From assembly GCA_016202815.1 (NCBI GenBank), contig JACQNZ010000008.1:97932-161931 (forward strand): a DNA stretch of 64,000 bases, given 5' to 3'. Made by a program: the position numbers and the translations under genes. The notes beneath the pieces were generated by a model. That model made no database searches. It saw only the letters and a list, made by a program, of their open reading frames with translations, and was not told the DNA's origin. The DNA is from Candidatus Aenigmatarchaeota archaeon. Lineage in GTDB: Archaea > Aenigmatarchaeota > Aenigmatarchaeia > JACPZZ01. Positions 48,534-57,843 of this stretch are shown piece after piece; position 1 is the stretch's first letter, and every line of letters begins with the position of its first letter.

Positions 48534-50152
48534 AAATTGGACGCGTATCTCGTTATCGCTTCTGCGACCCTTTCAATGCCGAGTATGCTCGCCAAATTCC
48601 CTATTTTCGGCCCGCGCTCTATGCCAAGTATCGAAACATAGAGCATTTTGAAAAATCTGGCTGCGTCAAGGCCGTTTCTTTTTACAATATCGAAAGCCAG
48701 CGCCTGTATCTCATCTGCAGGCATGCCGGCCTTCAGTGAGCGCGCGAATTCCAGCATGCCGGCCTTCTCATCTTCGCCCGCCTCTATGGGAACGGCTTTT
48801 ATCTCGTCTTTCATTACAGCGAGCCAGTTTGCCGCGTATTCGAGCCGCTCCTTTAATTCGTTTTCATACCCTTCCTTTGCGTGGCCTGTTTGCTCCAGGA
48901 TATCGGAAACAACCTTCAACCGCTCCTCGTTTTTGATCGGGAGAACTTTTGTAAGGTTGACCAGGGTGTCGTAATTTATCCTGAATGACGGCTTCGTAGG
49001 CGTGTTCATAAAATTTACGAATTGGTAAAGCCTTTTTAGCTGGGTTGTTTCTTTTTCGTTGGTTAGTTTCTTTTCGTCAAAGAATATCCTGTCCAAATCG
49101 TCGACTTCGTTCATGTATTTTGGTATGTCCTGCGGAGATAATTCGCGCGTTCCTGTGGCGCGTTTGAACATCAGCAGCGAAATCGATTTTTTCGACCCGT
49201 ACCTCAACCAGTCCTGCGCAGTAAACACGTTTCCGACGGACTTGGATATTTTTTTCCCGCCCGTTTCCAAAAACAGCTCGTAGAAAAGGTGCAGCGGCGG
49301 GTCAAAATCCAGTATCTCCCTGCACACCCTGTCATTTATGTTTACGGAATCGCGTATGTCCTTGCCCGCGGCCTCGAATGAAATTTTCAGCGAAGCCCAG
49401 CGCGCAGCGAACTCGACTTTCCACGCAAGCTTGCCGTCGGCTTTCGCAAACGACGCCTCGCCTTTGTGCCCGCACCCCTGGACTATGACGGCGTTGCCAG
49501 TGGCCTGGTTCTTTCCCTTGAACTCCTGGTCGCAGGCGTAAGCGACTTTTCGTTCTTTGGAAAAAACGTCAGTGACGCGTGTTGTGTAGATCCTTCCGCA
49601 TTTTTCGCACACGGGATAATAGGGATAAACGTCCAGGAATTTTTCCTGCCCGACCATTTCCTTGATTATGATGCCGATTTTTTTGTAGTTTAGAAGCAGC
49701 TTTTCTATAGCGTCGTCCAAAACGCCGCTCCGGTAAACTTCTGTGGCTGATTTGAACGTGTATTCGACGCCCGTTCGTTCCATCGCATCGATCAATATCG
49801 AGCTCATGTGCTCGCCGTACGACCCGTGGCAGCGGAACGGGTCCGGTATCTCAGTCACAGGCGAGCCTATGTATTTTTCCAGCGAGCTGTCAAATCCCGA
49901 CGGGACCTTTCGTAAACCGTCACGGTCGTCCGAATAAGCGATTAATTCGGATTTGATCCCAAGGTCTTCCAGGGCCAGCTTAACAGCGTACTGCCGCAGC
50001 ACATCGCCGAAGCTTCCTATGTGCGGTATTCCGCTCGCGCCCAGCCCGGATTCCACGCGGAACACATTGATGCCGCGCCGTAGCGTCTCTTCGCGGTTTA
50101 CAACCTGCGCCGCGAACTGGTCTGCCCAGAACATGGATTTTTCTTTGATCAA
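48530..50152 (-). CDS. lysK: lysyl-tRNA synthetase, class I
   Basis: 'GIPHIGSFGDV' (HIGH-type), 'YSDDRDGLRKVP', 'KISKSVGN' (KMSKS-type). 540 aa typical of archaeal LysK. Confidence 0.75.
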   Translation of the reverse strand: MIKEKSMFWADQFAAQVVNREETLRRGINVFRVESGLGASGIPHIGSFGDVLRQYAVKLALEDLGIKSELIAYSDDRDGLRKVPSGFDSSLEKYIGSPVTEIPDPFRCHGSYGEHMSSILIDAMERTGVEYTFKSATEVYRSGVLDDAIEKLLLNYKKIGIIIKEMVGQEKFLDVYPYYPVCEKCGRIYTTRVTDVFSKERKVAYACDQEFKGKNQATGNAVIVQGCGHKGEASFAKADGKLAWKVEFAARWASLKISFEAAGKDIRDSVNINDRVCREILDFDPPLHLFYELFLETGGKKISKSVGNVFTAQDWLRYGSKKSISLLMFKRATGTRELSPQDIPKYMNEVDDLDRIFFDEKKLTNEKETTQLKRLYQFVNFMNTPTKPSFRINYDTLVNLTKVLPIKNEERLKVVSDILEQTGHAKEGYENELKERLEYAANWLAVMKDEIKAVPIEAGEDEKAGMLEFARSLKAGMPADEIQALAFDIVKRNGLDAARFFKMLYVSILGIERGPKIGNLASILGIERVAEAITRYASNF

Positions 50153-51387
50153 TGAAGCACCGGTCCAATGTAATGAAAGTGTCTGCGCTATTTAAATTAA
50201 ATTGTCCCACAGTAATAGTTATGGCTGACATACTCACGCTTTCCGCGGTCGCTTTCTTTGTGGTTGTCGCGATTATCGTATACGTTGACAGGAAAAATGT
50301 CGAATTCAAGCCCTTCATGGTAATGAGAAGGACGAAAAGGGGAATCAAAATCATAGACTCGGTCGCAAAGTCAGCGCCCCGTTTCTGGAATTTCATCGGC
50401 TTGTTGTCGATACCGACTGCGGCAATGTTCATGGTCGCGGGCGTTGTCATGATGCTGTACATATCGGGGACGATAATCTCCGGCGAGCAGAAGGGGCCTG
50501 CAATGTCACTGATACTGCCGTCATTGTCTTCTCAGCAGCAAACGGGTTTGGGCGGGTTTGTGTTTTTCCTTCCGTTGTGGTTTTGGCTGGTGATGGTCAC
50601 GGTCCTCCTGGTCCCGCACGAAGTGTTTCATGGAATACTGTCAAGGACGGTCAAAGTGCCGCTGAAATCGGTCGGATTAATGATGCTCCTGATATTTCCA
50701 GGCGCCTTTGTGGAGCCTGACGAAAACAAATTAAAAAGGGCGCGCCGGATAGACAGGCTTAAAGTATTTGCGTCAGGCGCATTTGCCAACATACTCACCG
50801 CAGTTCTCTTGTTCGCTTTGCTGACGCAGGTGTTTCAGCCCGCTGTTGTTGCTGAGGTCGGCGTGAAAATTTACGGCGTGGACGGAAATTCGCCGGCGGC
50901 CGCATCCGGCCTGGCGCCGAATATGACAATAACAGGGATGAACGGCCTGAAGCTGGATAAGAATTCCAGGAATCCGGTAGGCGATATAATGGCGGCAAAC
51001 AATCTAAAACCCGGCGACAGCATAACGGTAAGCGCTGACGAAGATGTTTTTCGTTTAACGCTGTCGCAACATCCGCAAAACGCGTCGCGGCCGTTTATGG
51101 GAATAACCACAACAGGCCCTGTGATAACAAAGACAAATTATCTGGGTGTTGATTCGGCTTTGGCCGTGTTCAGTTATACATCGCTGATAATTTACTTCGC
51201 TCTTGTGATTGCGCTCGTCAACCTTCTTCCGTGGAAGCCGTTTGACGGCGGTTTGTTCTTCGAAACATTAATGGAATACGTTTCAAAAAAACACGCGCTG
51301 AAAATTGCCAACGCAGCCACAATGTTCATCCTGGCTGTTTTCCTTTTCAACTTTTTCGGCCCGGTCGTGATAAAGCTTCTTGCATGA
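50152..51387 (+). CDS. site-2 protease (M50 family) with PDZ domain
   Basis: 'HEVFHGI' HExxH in a TM helix, later 'NLLPWKPFDGG' LDG-type motif. Confidence 0.65.
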   Translation: MKHRSNVMKVSALFKLNCPTVIVMADILTLSAVAFFVVVAIIVYVDRKNVEFKPFMVMRRTKRGIKIIDSVAKSAPRFWNFIGLLSIPTAAMFMVAGVVMMLYISGTIISGEQKGPAMSLILPSLSSQQQTGLGGFVFFLPLWFWLVMVTVLLVPHEVFHGILSRTVKVPLKSVGLMMLLIFPGAFVEPDENKLKRARRIDRLKVFASGAFANILTAVLLFALLTQVFQPAVVAEVGVKIYGVDGNSPAAASGLAPNMTITGMNGLKLDKNSRNPVGDIMAANNLKPGDSITVSADEDVFRLTLSQHPQNASRPFMGITTTGPVITKTNYLGVDSALAVFSYTSLIIYFALVIALVNLLPWKPFDGGLFFETLMEYVSKKHALKIANAATMFILAVFLFNFFGPVVIKLLA

Positions 51388-51412
51388 TAGTTTTTTGCGC
51401 CAGCCCGGCCGT

Positions 51413-52378
51413 TCAGTATCCGCGTCTTTTGTCCACCACGTTGGTCATAGGCTCTTTGTTCAGGTAATGCCGGAGGTTTTCACAGAATATTTTGGTGGCC
51501 CTGTCTATGTAATGCGGCGTTGCCCCGGAAACGTGGGGTGTCACAATAACGTTTGGCATTGAATAGAAGGGGCTTGACACGGGCAAAGGCTCCTGTTCAA
51601 AGACGTCCAGCCCCGCACCCTTTAAACTGCCGGATGTCAGCTGTCCTATCAGGGCGTCTTCGTCCACGATGCCTCCGCGGCCTATGTTTATTATCACAGC
51701 CCCTCTTTTCATTTTCGACAGCCTGTTTGCGTCAAACATGTGGCGTGTTTCTTTTGTATACGGAAGGCAGATGATCACATAATCGGCGATAGGCAGCGCC
51801 GAATCGGCATCATTTATGGAATAAAGTTTGTCGATAAGCTCCGGCTTCTCGGTTTTTTCCCTTTTGATTCCAATAACCTTTACCTCAAACGCCTTCAAAA
51901 TCTTCGATATGCGTAGCCCTATTTCACCCAAACCATAAACTGCGGCAGTTTTGCCGCGCAACTCCGACATTTGTCCGAATTCAAACCTGTGCCATTCCTT
52001 TTTACTCTGGTAATCACGCGACAAGTGTAAGTTCCTTTCAAATGAAAGGATCATGCCGAGCACGTGTTCTGCTATCGGTATCGCGTGTATGCCTGACGAG
52101 TTGGTCAGGATTATGCCGGAATTTACCAGGCCGGGAACCATAAACCTGTCAACACCTGCTGACATGGTGTGGATCCACCCGAGCTTTGGTGCTGCTTTGT
52201 CCGAGAAATTCGCAGGAAAGTCTGCGGGGAATGTGAGGAGCACATCGGCGCTTTTCAGTGCGTCGGTAAACCGGTTTTCATCCTTCGGAAACGCCAACTC
52301 TGCATCTTCTGCGATGGACATGATTTCATCTAAATGTTTTTTATCCAATCTAACTTGCGGAGATACTGTAATATTCAA
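51413..52378 (-). CDS. D-isomer-specific 2-hydroxyacid dehydrogenase (glyoxylate/hydroxypyruvate reductase / PGDH-like)
   Basis: NAD fold 'GKTAAVYGLGEIGLRISKIL', catalytic 'NIGRGGIVDEDAL' and 'TPHVSG'. Confidence 0.75.
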   Translation of the reverse strand: MNITVSPQVRLDKKHLDEIMSIAEDAELAFPKDENRFTDALKSADVLLTFPADFPANFSDKAAPKLGWIHTMSAGVDRFMVPGLVNSGIILTNSSGIHAIPIAEHVLGMILSFERNLHLSRDYQSKKEWHRFEFGQMSELRGKTAAVYGLGEIGLRISKILKAFEVKVIGIKREKTEKPELIDKLYSINDADSALPIADYVIICLPYTKETRHMFDANRLSKMKRGAVIINIGRGGIVDEDALIGQLTSGSLKGAGLDVFEQEPLPVSSPFYSMPNVIVTPHVSGATPHYIDRATKIFCENLRHYLNKEPMTNVVDKRRGY

Positions 52379-52390
52379 ACCGGATCACTT

Positions 52391-53593
52391 TCAGAAATTT
52401 TTCGTGGCCGTTAATTTGAATGGCCTTCTCCCGTAAGAGTGTCGGTAATTGTTTCGAAACGCCAGCGAAGTCACAAAAGGCGAGATTATGTTCACGAACA
52501 GGAACACCAATACCATGGTGGAATAAAGCGACAGGTCTATGGCGCCGGACGCGAGCCCTATGCTCAGGATTATCAGCGACATCTCGGATATCGAAACCAT
52601 GCCTGCGCCTATCCTGTAAGCCTCGCCGGTGGAATGCCCGACAACCATTAATGGGATAACGTAAGACAGCATCTTTAGCACTATTGCGAAGGCAACCAGC
52701 GGGATTACGAACGACAGATGGCTGGCCGTAGCCGGCACATTCACGCTCAGGCCGATGGACGCGAAGAATATGGGTATGAAGAACGATTCGCCCACATCCT
52801 TCACTTTTTTGGAAATGGTTCCTGCCTGCGACGTCTTGCTAAGCAAAAGGCCTGCAAGAAACACGCCCAAAAAGCTTTCGATGCCGAGCTTTTCGGTAAA
52901 GCTGGCCATAGTGAACGCCAGCACAAGCGTAAGCCCCAGCAGCGCATCCTCAAGCCCGTACTTCTGCACGGCATTGATCATCAGCGTTATGAATCTTACA
53001 CCGGTCCGGCTCATCACCACGAAAAAGCCGACTATGATGAAAATCAGCTTGGCCATTGCCTCCACGCCGATAAAGGAGTTGCTGAGGAAATTCGCGACAG
53101 CGGCTATGCTAAGTATCGCCACAACGTCGTTGACGACCTGGAAGCCTATGATCGTTTCGCCTTCCTTGCTGTTTAACTCGCCCAAGTTCGCCAGCGTGCG
53201 GGACGCGATTACGAGGCTCGATTGCATCAGCGCAAGCGCAACGACGGCTATGACGTAAATGTTCCAGCCCAAAAACGAACCTGCAACGTATGTTACCGCA
53301 ATAACGGCAGCGGCCATGACGAGCTCTATCGCAGAATAAAGCTCAACCTTATGTTCTATTTTCTGCCATTCTATGGACAGGGTAGTGAGAAGGACTAAGA
53401 ACATAAGGCCCAACTGGCCTACGGACTCCACAATCGGCGACGGCTTGACAAGGTTTAACATTGACGAGCCCAGTATGACGCCGGCCAGAAGCTCGCCCGC
53501 GAGGCTCGGCTGGCGCAGCTTGTAGAAGAGTATTCCGCCCATCTTTGCCCCGAACAGCAGGAGCGCAAGGTCGAATATTTCCAGATTTGCCAT
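52391..53593 (-). CDS. monovalent cation:proton antiporter (CPA family)
   Basis: 400 aa, about 11 TM helices, Na+/H+ exchanger-like composition. Confidence 0.65.
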   Translation of the reverse strand: MANLEIFDLALLLFGAKMGGILFYKLRQPSLAGELLAGVILGSSMLNLVKPSPIVESVGQLGLMFLVLLTTLSIEWQKIEHKVELYSAIELVMAAAVIAVTYVAGSFLGWNIYVIAVVALALMQSSLVIASRTLANLGELNSKEGETIIGFQVVNDVVAILSIAAVANFLSNSFIGVEAMAKLIFIIVGFFVVMSRTGVRFITLMINAVQKYGLEDALLGLTLVLAFTMASFTEKLGIESFLGVFLAGLLLSKTSQAGTISKKVKDVGESFFIPIFFASIGLSVNVPATASHLSFVIPLVAFAIVLKMLSYVIPLMVVGHSTGEAYRIGAGMVSISEMSLIILSIGLASGAIDLSLYSTMVLVFLFVNIISPFVTSLAFRNNYRHSYGRRPFKLTATKNF

Positions 53594-53768
53594 TTAATCG
53601 CCTAATAATACCCAAAAATGCCGCGCATCCGCAACACTAAAGAGCCTTCCGTGCCGCCTTTACGTGTTAATGGGCTTTGCAGCCTTCGGTGTTCGCTAAA
53701 AACGGCACTATAACATTATGATTAATTTTTTACAAATAAAAAGGAAAGGGTTGTGAAGAGACGGATTT

Positions 53769-53843
53769 AGGGCCCGGCGGGATTTGAACCCGCACATGAA
53801 GGTCCGAAGCCTTCCGCGCTGATCCTGGTTACGCCACGGGCCC
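53769..53843 (-). tRNA. tRNA-Arg (anticodon TCG)
   Basis: Acceptor GGGCCCG/CGGGCCC, D-arm GCGT-AACCAGGATCA-GCGC, anticodon stem GAAGG/CCTTC, loop CTTCGGA, T-arm GCGGG-TTCAAAT-CCCGC, discriminator T, no CCA. Confidence 0.75.
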
Positions 53844-53853
53844 GTTTTAGTTG

Positions 53854-53885
53854 GAACCATGCCGTATATTCTACCGGTATGGTTC
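53854..53885. promoter_or_regulatory. palindrome GAACCATGCCG-TATATTCTAC-CGGTATGGTTC whose spacer is the TATA box of tRNA-Arg (about -30..-21) and which faces the divergent deaminase gene
   Basis: Read directly. Flanked by TTTTAGTTGG (53844..53854), a motif also present at 46154..46164 (and TTTTAGCTGG at 8706..8715). Confidence 0.5.
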
Positions 53886-53953
53886 AGTTTACGATGCACC
53901 TGTTTCAGTCTACCACTAACTTAGTTATTAACTTAACCCTTTATGGTTTTTAT

Positions 53954-54379
53954 ATGGACGAAAAATTCATGAAAATCGCCATAGCAGAGGCGAAAAAATC
54001 TTCGGAAAGGGGAAGGTGCGGGGCGGTAATAACCAGGGACGGCATTGTCATTTCAACCGCTCATAATACCCAAAGGTCTTCTAACGACGCTTCCGCACAC
54101 GCCGAAATAAATGCCATAAGGTTGGCTGGTCAGAAGCTAGGCAACAAATATTTGGAAGGCTGTACAATTTACTGCACATGCGAGCCTTGCACAATGTGCC
54201 TTTCTGCAATTGTTTTTGCCAAGATAGGCAGGATAGTTTACGGTTTATCTTTTTCGGATATGTTTCCTGATGGAATGTTTTATGAAAAGGACATGGAATT
54301 GTTTTTGTCGAAAGCGGCTCATAAAATTGAAGTTGTGAAAAATTTCATGAAAAAGGAATGCGCCGGATTAATTCACTGA
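53954..54379 (+). CDS. CMP/dCMP-type zinc deaminase (TadA/guanine deaminase-like)
   Basis: 'HAEINAI' and 'CTCEPCTMC' zinc-binding motifs. Start at MDEKFMKIA. Confidence 0.65.
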   Translation: MDEKFMKIAIAEAKKSSERGRCGAVITRDGIVISTAHNTQRSSNDASAHAEINAIRLAGQKLGNKYLEGCTIYCTCEPCTMCLSAIVFAKIGRIVYGLSFSDMFPDGMFYEKDMELFLSKAAHKIEVVKNFMKKECAGLIH

Positions 54380-54402
54380 GTTTTTTAATTTTTCCGGGAC
54401 GA

Positions 54403-56457
54403 TCACAGATCAACCGTGTCGATAATTCGCCCGGACAGGTCAACCATTGCGGATACAAACCTGCTTTTAATTTGGTGTTTTTCTTTTAGTTCACGGATCC
54501 TGTTATGCGTAGCCTGCGCTGTTTTTAGTATCACATCTTCGTATGCGCTCATGACCTCCGAAGGATCGATTCCGTACATTGATACGACCTGTCTGAACAT
54601 CGCTCTTTCTCTCTCATGGATATTCAATATATCCAGGTTGGCGGACATCGATCTGGTAAACAGCCTGAACAGCGTGACATCGTTTGGAATTTGTTTGTCG
54701 ATAACCTTCAACTCTTCTATGGGCTCTGCACACGCACGCCCAAGGTCGGAGAATATCATGGATAACGTTTTATACTTCTCGCCCGCGGAGCGGTGCATTT
54801 CTGTGAACTGTGCCGGTGAAAATCCTGTTACAGCTTCCATCTCAGACGCATCTACGCGCCTCATTCCAGTTGTAATCTCCCTGGCAAATGTCCTTTCTGT
54901 GCCAAAAAGTTTTTTTAACAGGGCGGAACCGAAATAAGCTTCTTTCAGCATGCCCGCTGCCGGGTGGTTGTCTGGTAAGTCTGAATTCAGTGCCCGCACA
55001 AAATTGCGCCTGAAATTGCGGTCGGCTTTGGCATTTCCGACCAGCCGCATCCATTGAACCCAAGTGTCGATTAGTTTCGAGTGGGAGTATCCGAATGCCG
55101 GGGAAAGGTATCTCATGTCATCGGTTTGTATGCACGCCATGGACGAATTGTCATTTGTTCTCGTGTGCTTGAAAGAGGTATTTACATTCCTTGGCAGCAT
55201 CCGGATTCGCCCGCCCAGATCTTCCTGGATGCCTGATATGTACAACGGAACAGCAGCTTTGTAAATTTCGCCTAACAGTTCGTATGACCTGAGCAAACTG
55301 GTTCTCAGACTGGCGGACCTTCTGGAAGGAGCTTGCATTATGCCCGCCGAGGCGTAAGTTCTCTTCGCACGTTCTTCGTTGGTTGTGGTTAAAACCCTTA
55401 TAGGCAACCCATGCACAGGCTTTCCAGTTTCTTCGCCGCGTTCCGCCATTTCCACGAGATCAAAGCCGTAAAAACGCGACCCGACGACTTTGTTTTCTAA
55501 AAGCGGTTCTAACTTTTCCAACAAACGGGCCTTCCATTCCGGCATTTCATCGTGCACTCTTCCCTTTTTTGTTTTTGCCTTCTTTGCGGCAGGTTTATCA
55601 TCGCCAACCTCTCTCATTATTCCGCGCATGTCACGCACGGCGCTCCTGTGCGCATCGACTATTTCGAAATAAGGGCTTCCCCTCCTTGCGTAATCGTCGC
55701 CCATCGTTTTTCGTTCCGTGTCAGCTATGTCCGATGCCCGAACAGCCAGATCGTCCGCGCCTAACGCTCTGGCCATCGCAACAACGTCTTCTGCCAGATC
55801 CGCTGTCGAAACATCTTTTATTTGTTCTGACTTGCGCGAGTTGTGAGTCGGATGTATAGTTTCTCCGCTTAGCCATTTGTAGACCGGTTTAAGTCCTGTA
55901 TATCTCCACGCGCCCGCCTCGGCGGATTTTTCGCGTATGTAAGAAGCCACACCTTTGACCGTATCTTGTGAAAAATCAAGTCTCCATTTGCCCGCATCTT
56001 CGGGCGATATTTCCACCGGCCTGTTTGCCATGTGCTTCTTGAATACATATCCGGGCAGGTTGGCCAGTTCTTCAGGTTTAAACAAATCCGGTCTTTGTGC
56101 GGCAACTGCGGTGTAAAGGTCGGCTCTTAAGCGCGTTGTTTCGTATGTAGTTTTGTCATCGAGAAAACCCTGCTCAACGAAGAACGCGCTTCTGTGTTGC
56201 TGGTAACCGGGATTCTCGCTTTTTAACAGGGATAGTATGTAGGCGGAACTGACCTGCTCCTTTGCTACACCGGCTCCTTCAAGGAATATCGTATCCCTGT
56301 TTGGTTGAAGTTCCGTGATGTATGCGTTCCTTCTTTCGCCGTCCCTTTCGACGAGCAACGTCGTGACTAAGCCCGTGTCCGGGTCGATCAACGGCATCGT
56401 GGTAGAGCCCCACTGGTGTGTTAACCTGTAAACATTAGGCCTGTTTTGCGTTGTCAT
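54403..56457 (-). CDS. large uncharacterised protein (684 aa)
   Basis: Long ORF with balanced composition, no P-loop and no recognisable catalytic signature. Immediately upstream of gatB on the same strand. Confidence 0.5.
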   Translation of the reverse strand: MTTQNRPNVYRLTHQWGSTTMPLIDPDTGLVTTLLVERDGERRNAYITELQPNRDTIFLEGAGVAKEQVSSAYILSLLKSENPGYQQHRSAFFVEQGFLDDKTTYETTRLRADLYTAVAAQRPDLFKPEELANLPGYVFKKHMANRPVEISPEDAGKWRLDFSQDTVKGVASYIREKSAEAGAWRYTGLKPVYKWLSGETIHPTHNSRKSEQIKDVSTADLAEDVVAMARALGADDLAVRASDIADTERKTMGDDYARRGSPYFEIVDAHRSAVRDMRGIMREVGDDKPAAKKAKTKKGRVHDEMPEWKARLLEKLEPLLENKVVGSRFYGFDLVEMAERGEETGKPVHGLPIRVLTTTNEERAKRTYASAGIMQAPSRRSASLRTSLLRSYELLGEIYKAAVPLYISGIQEDLGGRIRMLPRNVNTSFKHTRTNDNSSMACIQTDDMRYLSPAFGYSHSKLIDTWVQWMRLVGNAKADRNFRRNFVRALNSDLPDNHPAAGMLKEAYFGSALLKKLFGTERTFAREITTGMRRVDASEMEAVTGFSPAQFTEMHRSAGEKYKTLSMIFSDLGRACAEPIEELKVIDKQIPNDVTLFRLFTRSMSANLDILNIHERERAMFRQVVSMYGIDPSEVMSAYEDVILKTAQATHNRIRELKEKHQIKSRFVSAMVDLSGRIIDTVDL

Positions 56458-56478
56458 GAACTCAAGAGAACAAAGCAG

Positions 56479-57843
56479 CTATTTAAGTTCGGCGCCCCTT
56501 TTAAGGGCTTTTCGTATTGTTTCCGGATCCGCCGACCCTTTCGTTATTTTCATGACCTGCCCTACAAGATACTCGAAAGCTTCTTTCCTGCCTGTCTTGT
56601 AGTCGTTGACAGCCTTTTCGTTTTTGTCCAGTATTTCCTTTACTATTGTGTTCAAGTCGCCGAATTCCAAAAGCCCCAGGTTTTCGATTATTTTTGCCGG
56701 TTCTTCAGGGCGCAAAACCATCTCGCGCAGCGTCAATTCTGCCGCGCGCTCCGTTATTTTCTGCCTTTCAACAAGTTTCAGCAGCGAAGCGAGCTGCTTC
56801 TCGGTGATCTTGGAATCGCGCAGCGTCATGCTGTTGTAATTCAGGGTCTTTTTTAATTGTCCTACAAACCAGTTCGACGCAATGACAGGGTCAACGGTTT
56901 TTGCCACGTTCTCAAAAACATCGGCCGTGTAAGGGTCCGAAACCATATTTTCCGCGTTTTGCCCGGACAATTGATACTGCTTGACGAATCTTTTCGCCTT
57001 TGATTGAGGCAATTCCGGCAATGTTTCTTTGGTCTTTTCGGCCAGCTCTTTTTTTATCAGCAATGGGGGTATGTCCGGATCCGGCATGTGACGGTAATCT
57101 TCTTCCGTTTCCTTTTTTCGCGACGGCGACGTCAAAATCATCTTTTCGTCAAAATGTCGCGTCTCACGATCAACAATTAAACCGCGCCTTAGCAAATCCT
57201 CCTGCCTTGTTATTTCAAACGCTAACGCCTTCTCTACATTGCGGAACGAATTGATGTTTTTAATCTCGACTTTGCTCCCGTTGTTTAATGAAATATTCGC
57301 GTCTATTCTCATCGTCCCTTCCTCTTTTTTAGTAACGTCCAGGTAGGCTAACACCGAAGCTAACTTTTCCAGCCATTCTCTCGCATGCTGCGGCGAGTCG
57401 AACACAGGCTCTGTCGTTATCTCGATCAGCGGTGTTCCGGAACGGTTTAAGTCAACGAATCCTTCGCGAAGGAAAAATCTTCCGGGATCCTCTTCCAGGT
57501 GGACTTCATGTATCTGGACATTGTTTAATTCGCCTTCGGTGCCTATCGGTTCCGATGTGCGCTGGTAACCGCTCGGCAAATCCGGATAGATGTAATGCTT
57601 CCTGCGTATTTGCACGGGTCTATTGGTGACTATTTTGCAGTTCAAGGCCATTGCAATCTTTATCACAGCGTTGACGGCTTTTTCATTTACCCCAAAAGGC
57701 TTCGAGCCCGGCTGTCCTGTGCACACGGGGCATATCGATTTGTTCGGTTCCGCCTCGCGATAGTCTGTCGGGCATGCACAAAACAATTTCGATTTCGTAT
57801 CAAGCTGCTCGTGTATTTCCAGGCCAATTTTGACGCCTTTCAT
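56479..57843 (-). CDS. gatB: Asp/Glu-tRNA amidotransferase subunit B
   Basis: 'KIGLEIHEQLDTKSKLFCACPTDY' GatB/E N-terminal signature. C-terminal YqeY-like tail. Confidence 0.8.
   Translation of the reverse strand: MKGVKIGLEIHEQLDTKSKLFCACPTDYREAEPNKSICPVCTGQPGSKPFGVNEKAVNAVIKIAMALNCKIVTNRPVQIRRKHYIYPDLPSGYQRTSEPIGTEGELNNVQIHEVHLEEDPGRFFLREGFVDLNRSGTPLIEITTEPVFDSPQHAREWLEKLASVLAYLDVTKKEEGTMRIDANISLNNGSKVEIKNINSFRNVEKALAFEITRQEDLLRRGLIVDRETRHFDEKMILTSPSRKKETEEDYRHMPDPDIPPLLIKKELAEKTKETLPELPQSKAKRFVKQYQLSGQNAENMVSDPYTADVFENVAKTVDPVIASNWFVGQLKKTLNYNSMTLRDSKITEKQLASLLKLVERQKITERAAELTLREMVLRPEEPAKIIENLGLLEFGDLNTIVKEILDKNEKAVNDYKTGRKEAFEYLVGQVMKITKGSADPETIRKALKRGAELK

Noticed and set aside
55869-56105. 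Possible RdRp-like 'GDD' motif (TMGDDYARRG) in the 684-aa protein
   Set aside because: It is an isolated tripeptide with none of the surrounding polymerase motifs A or B. It is treated as coincidence.
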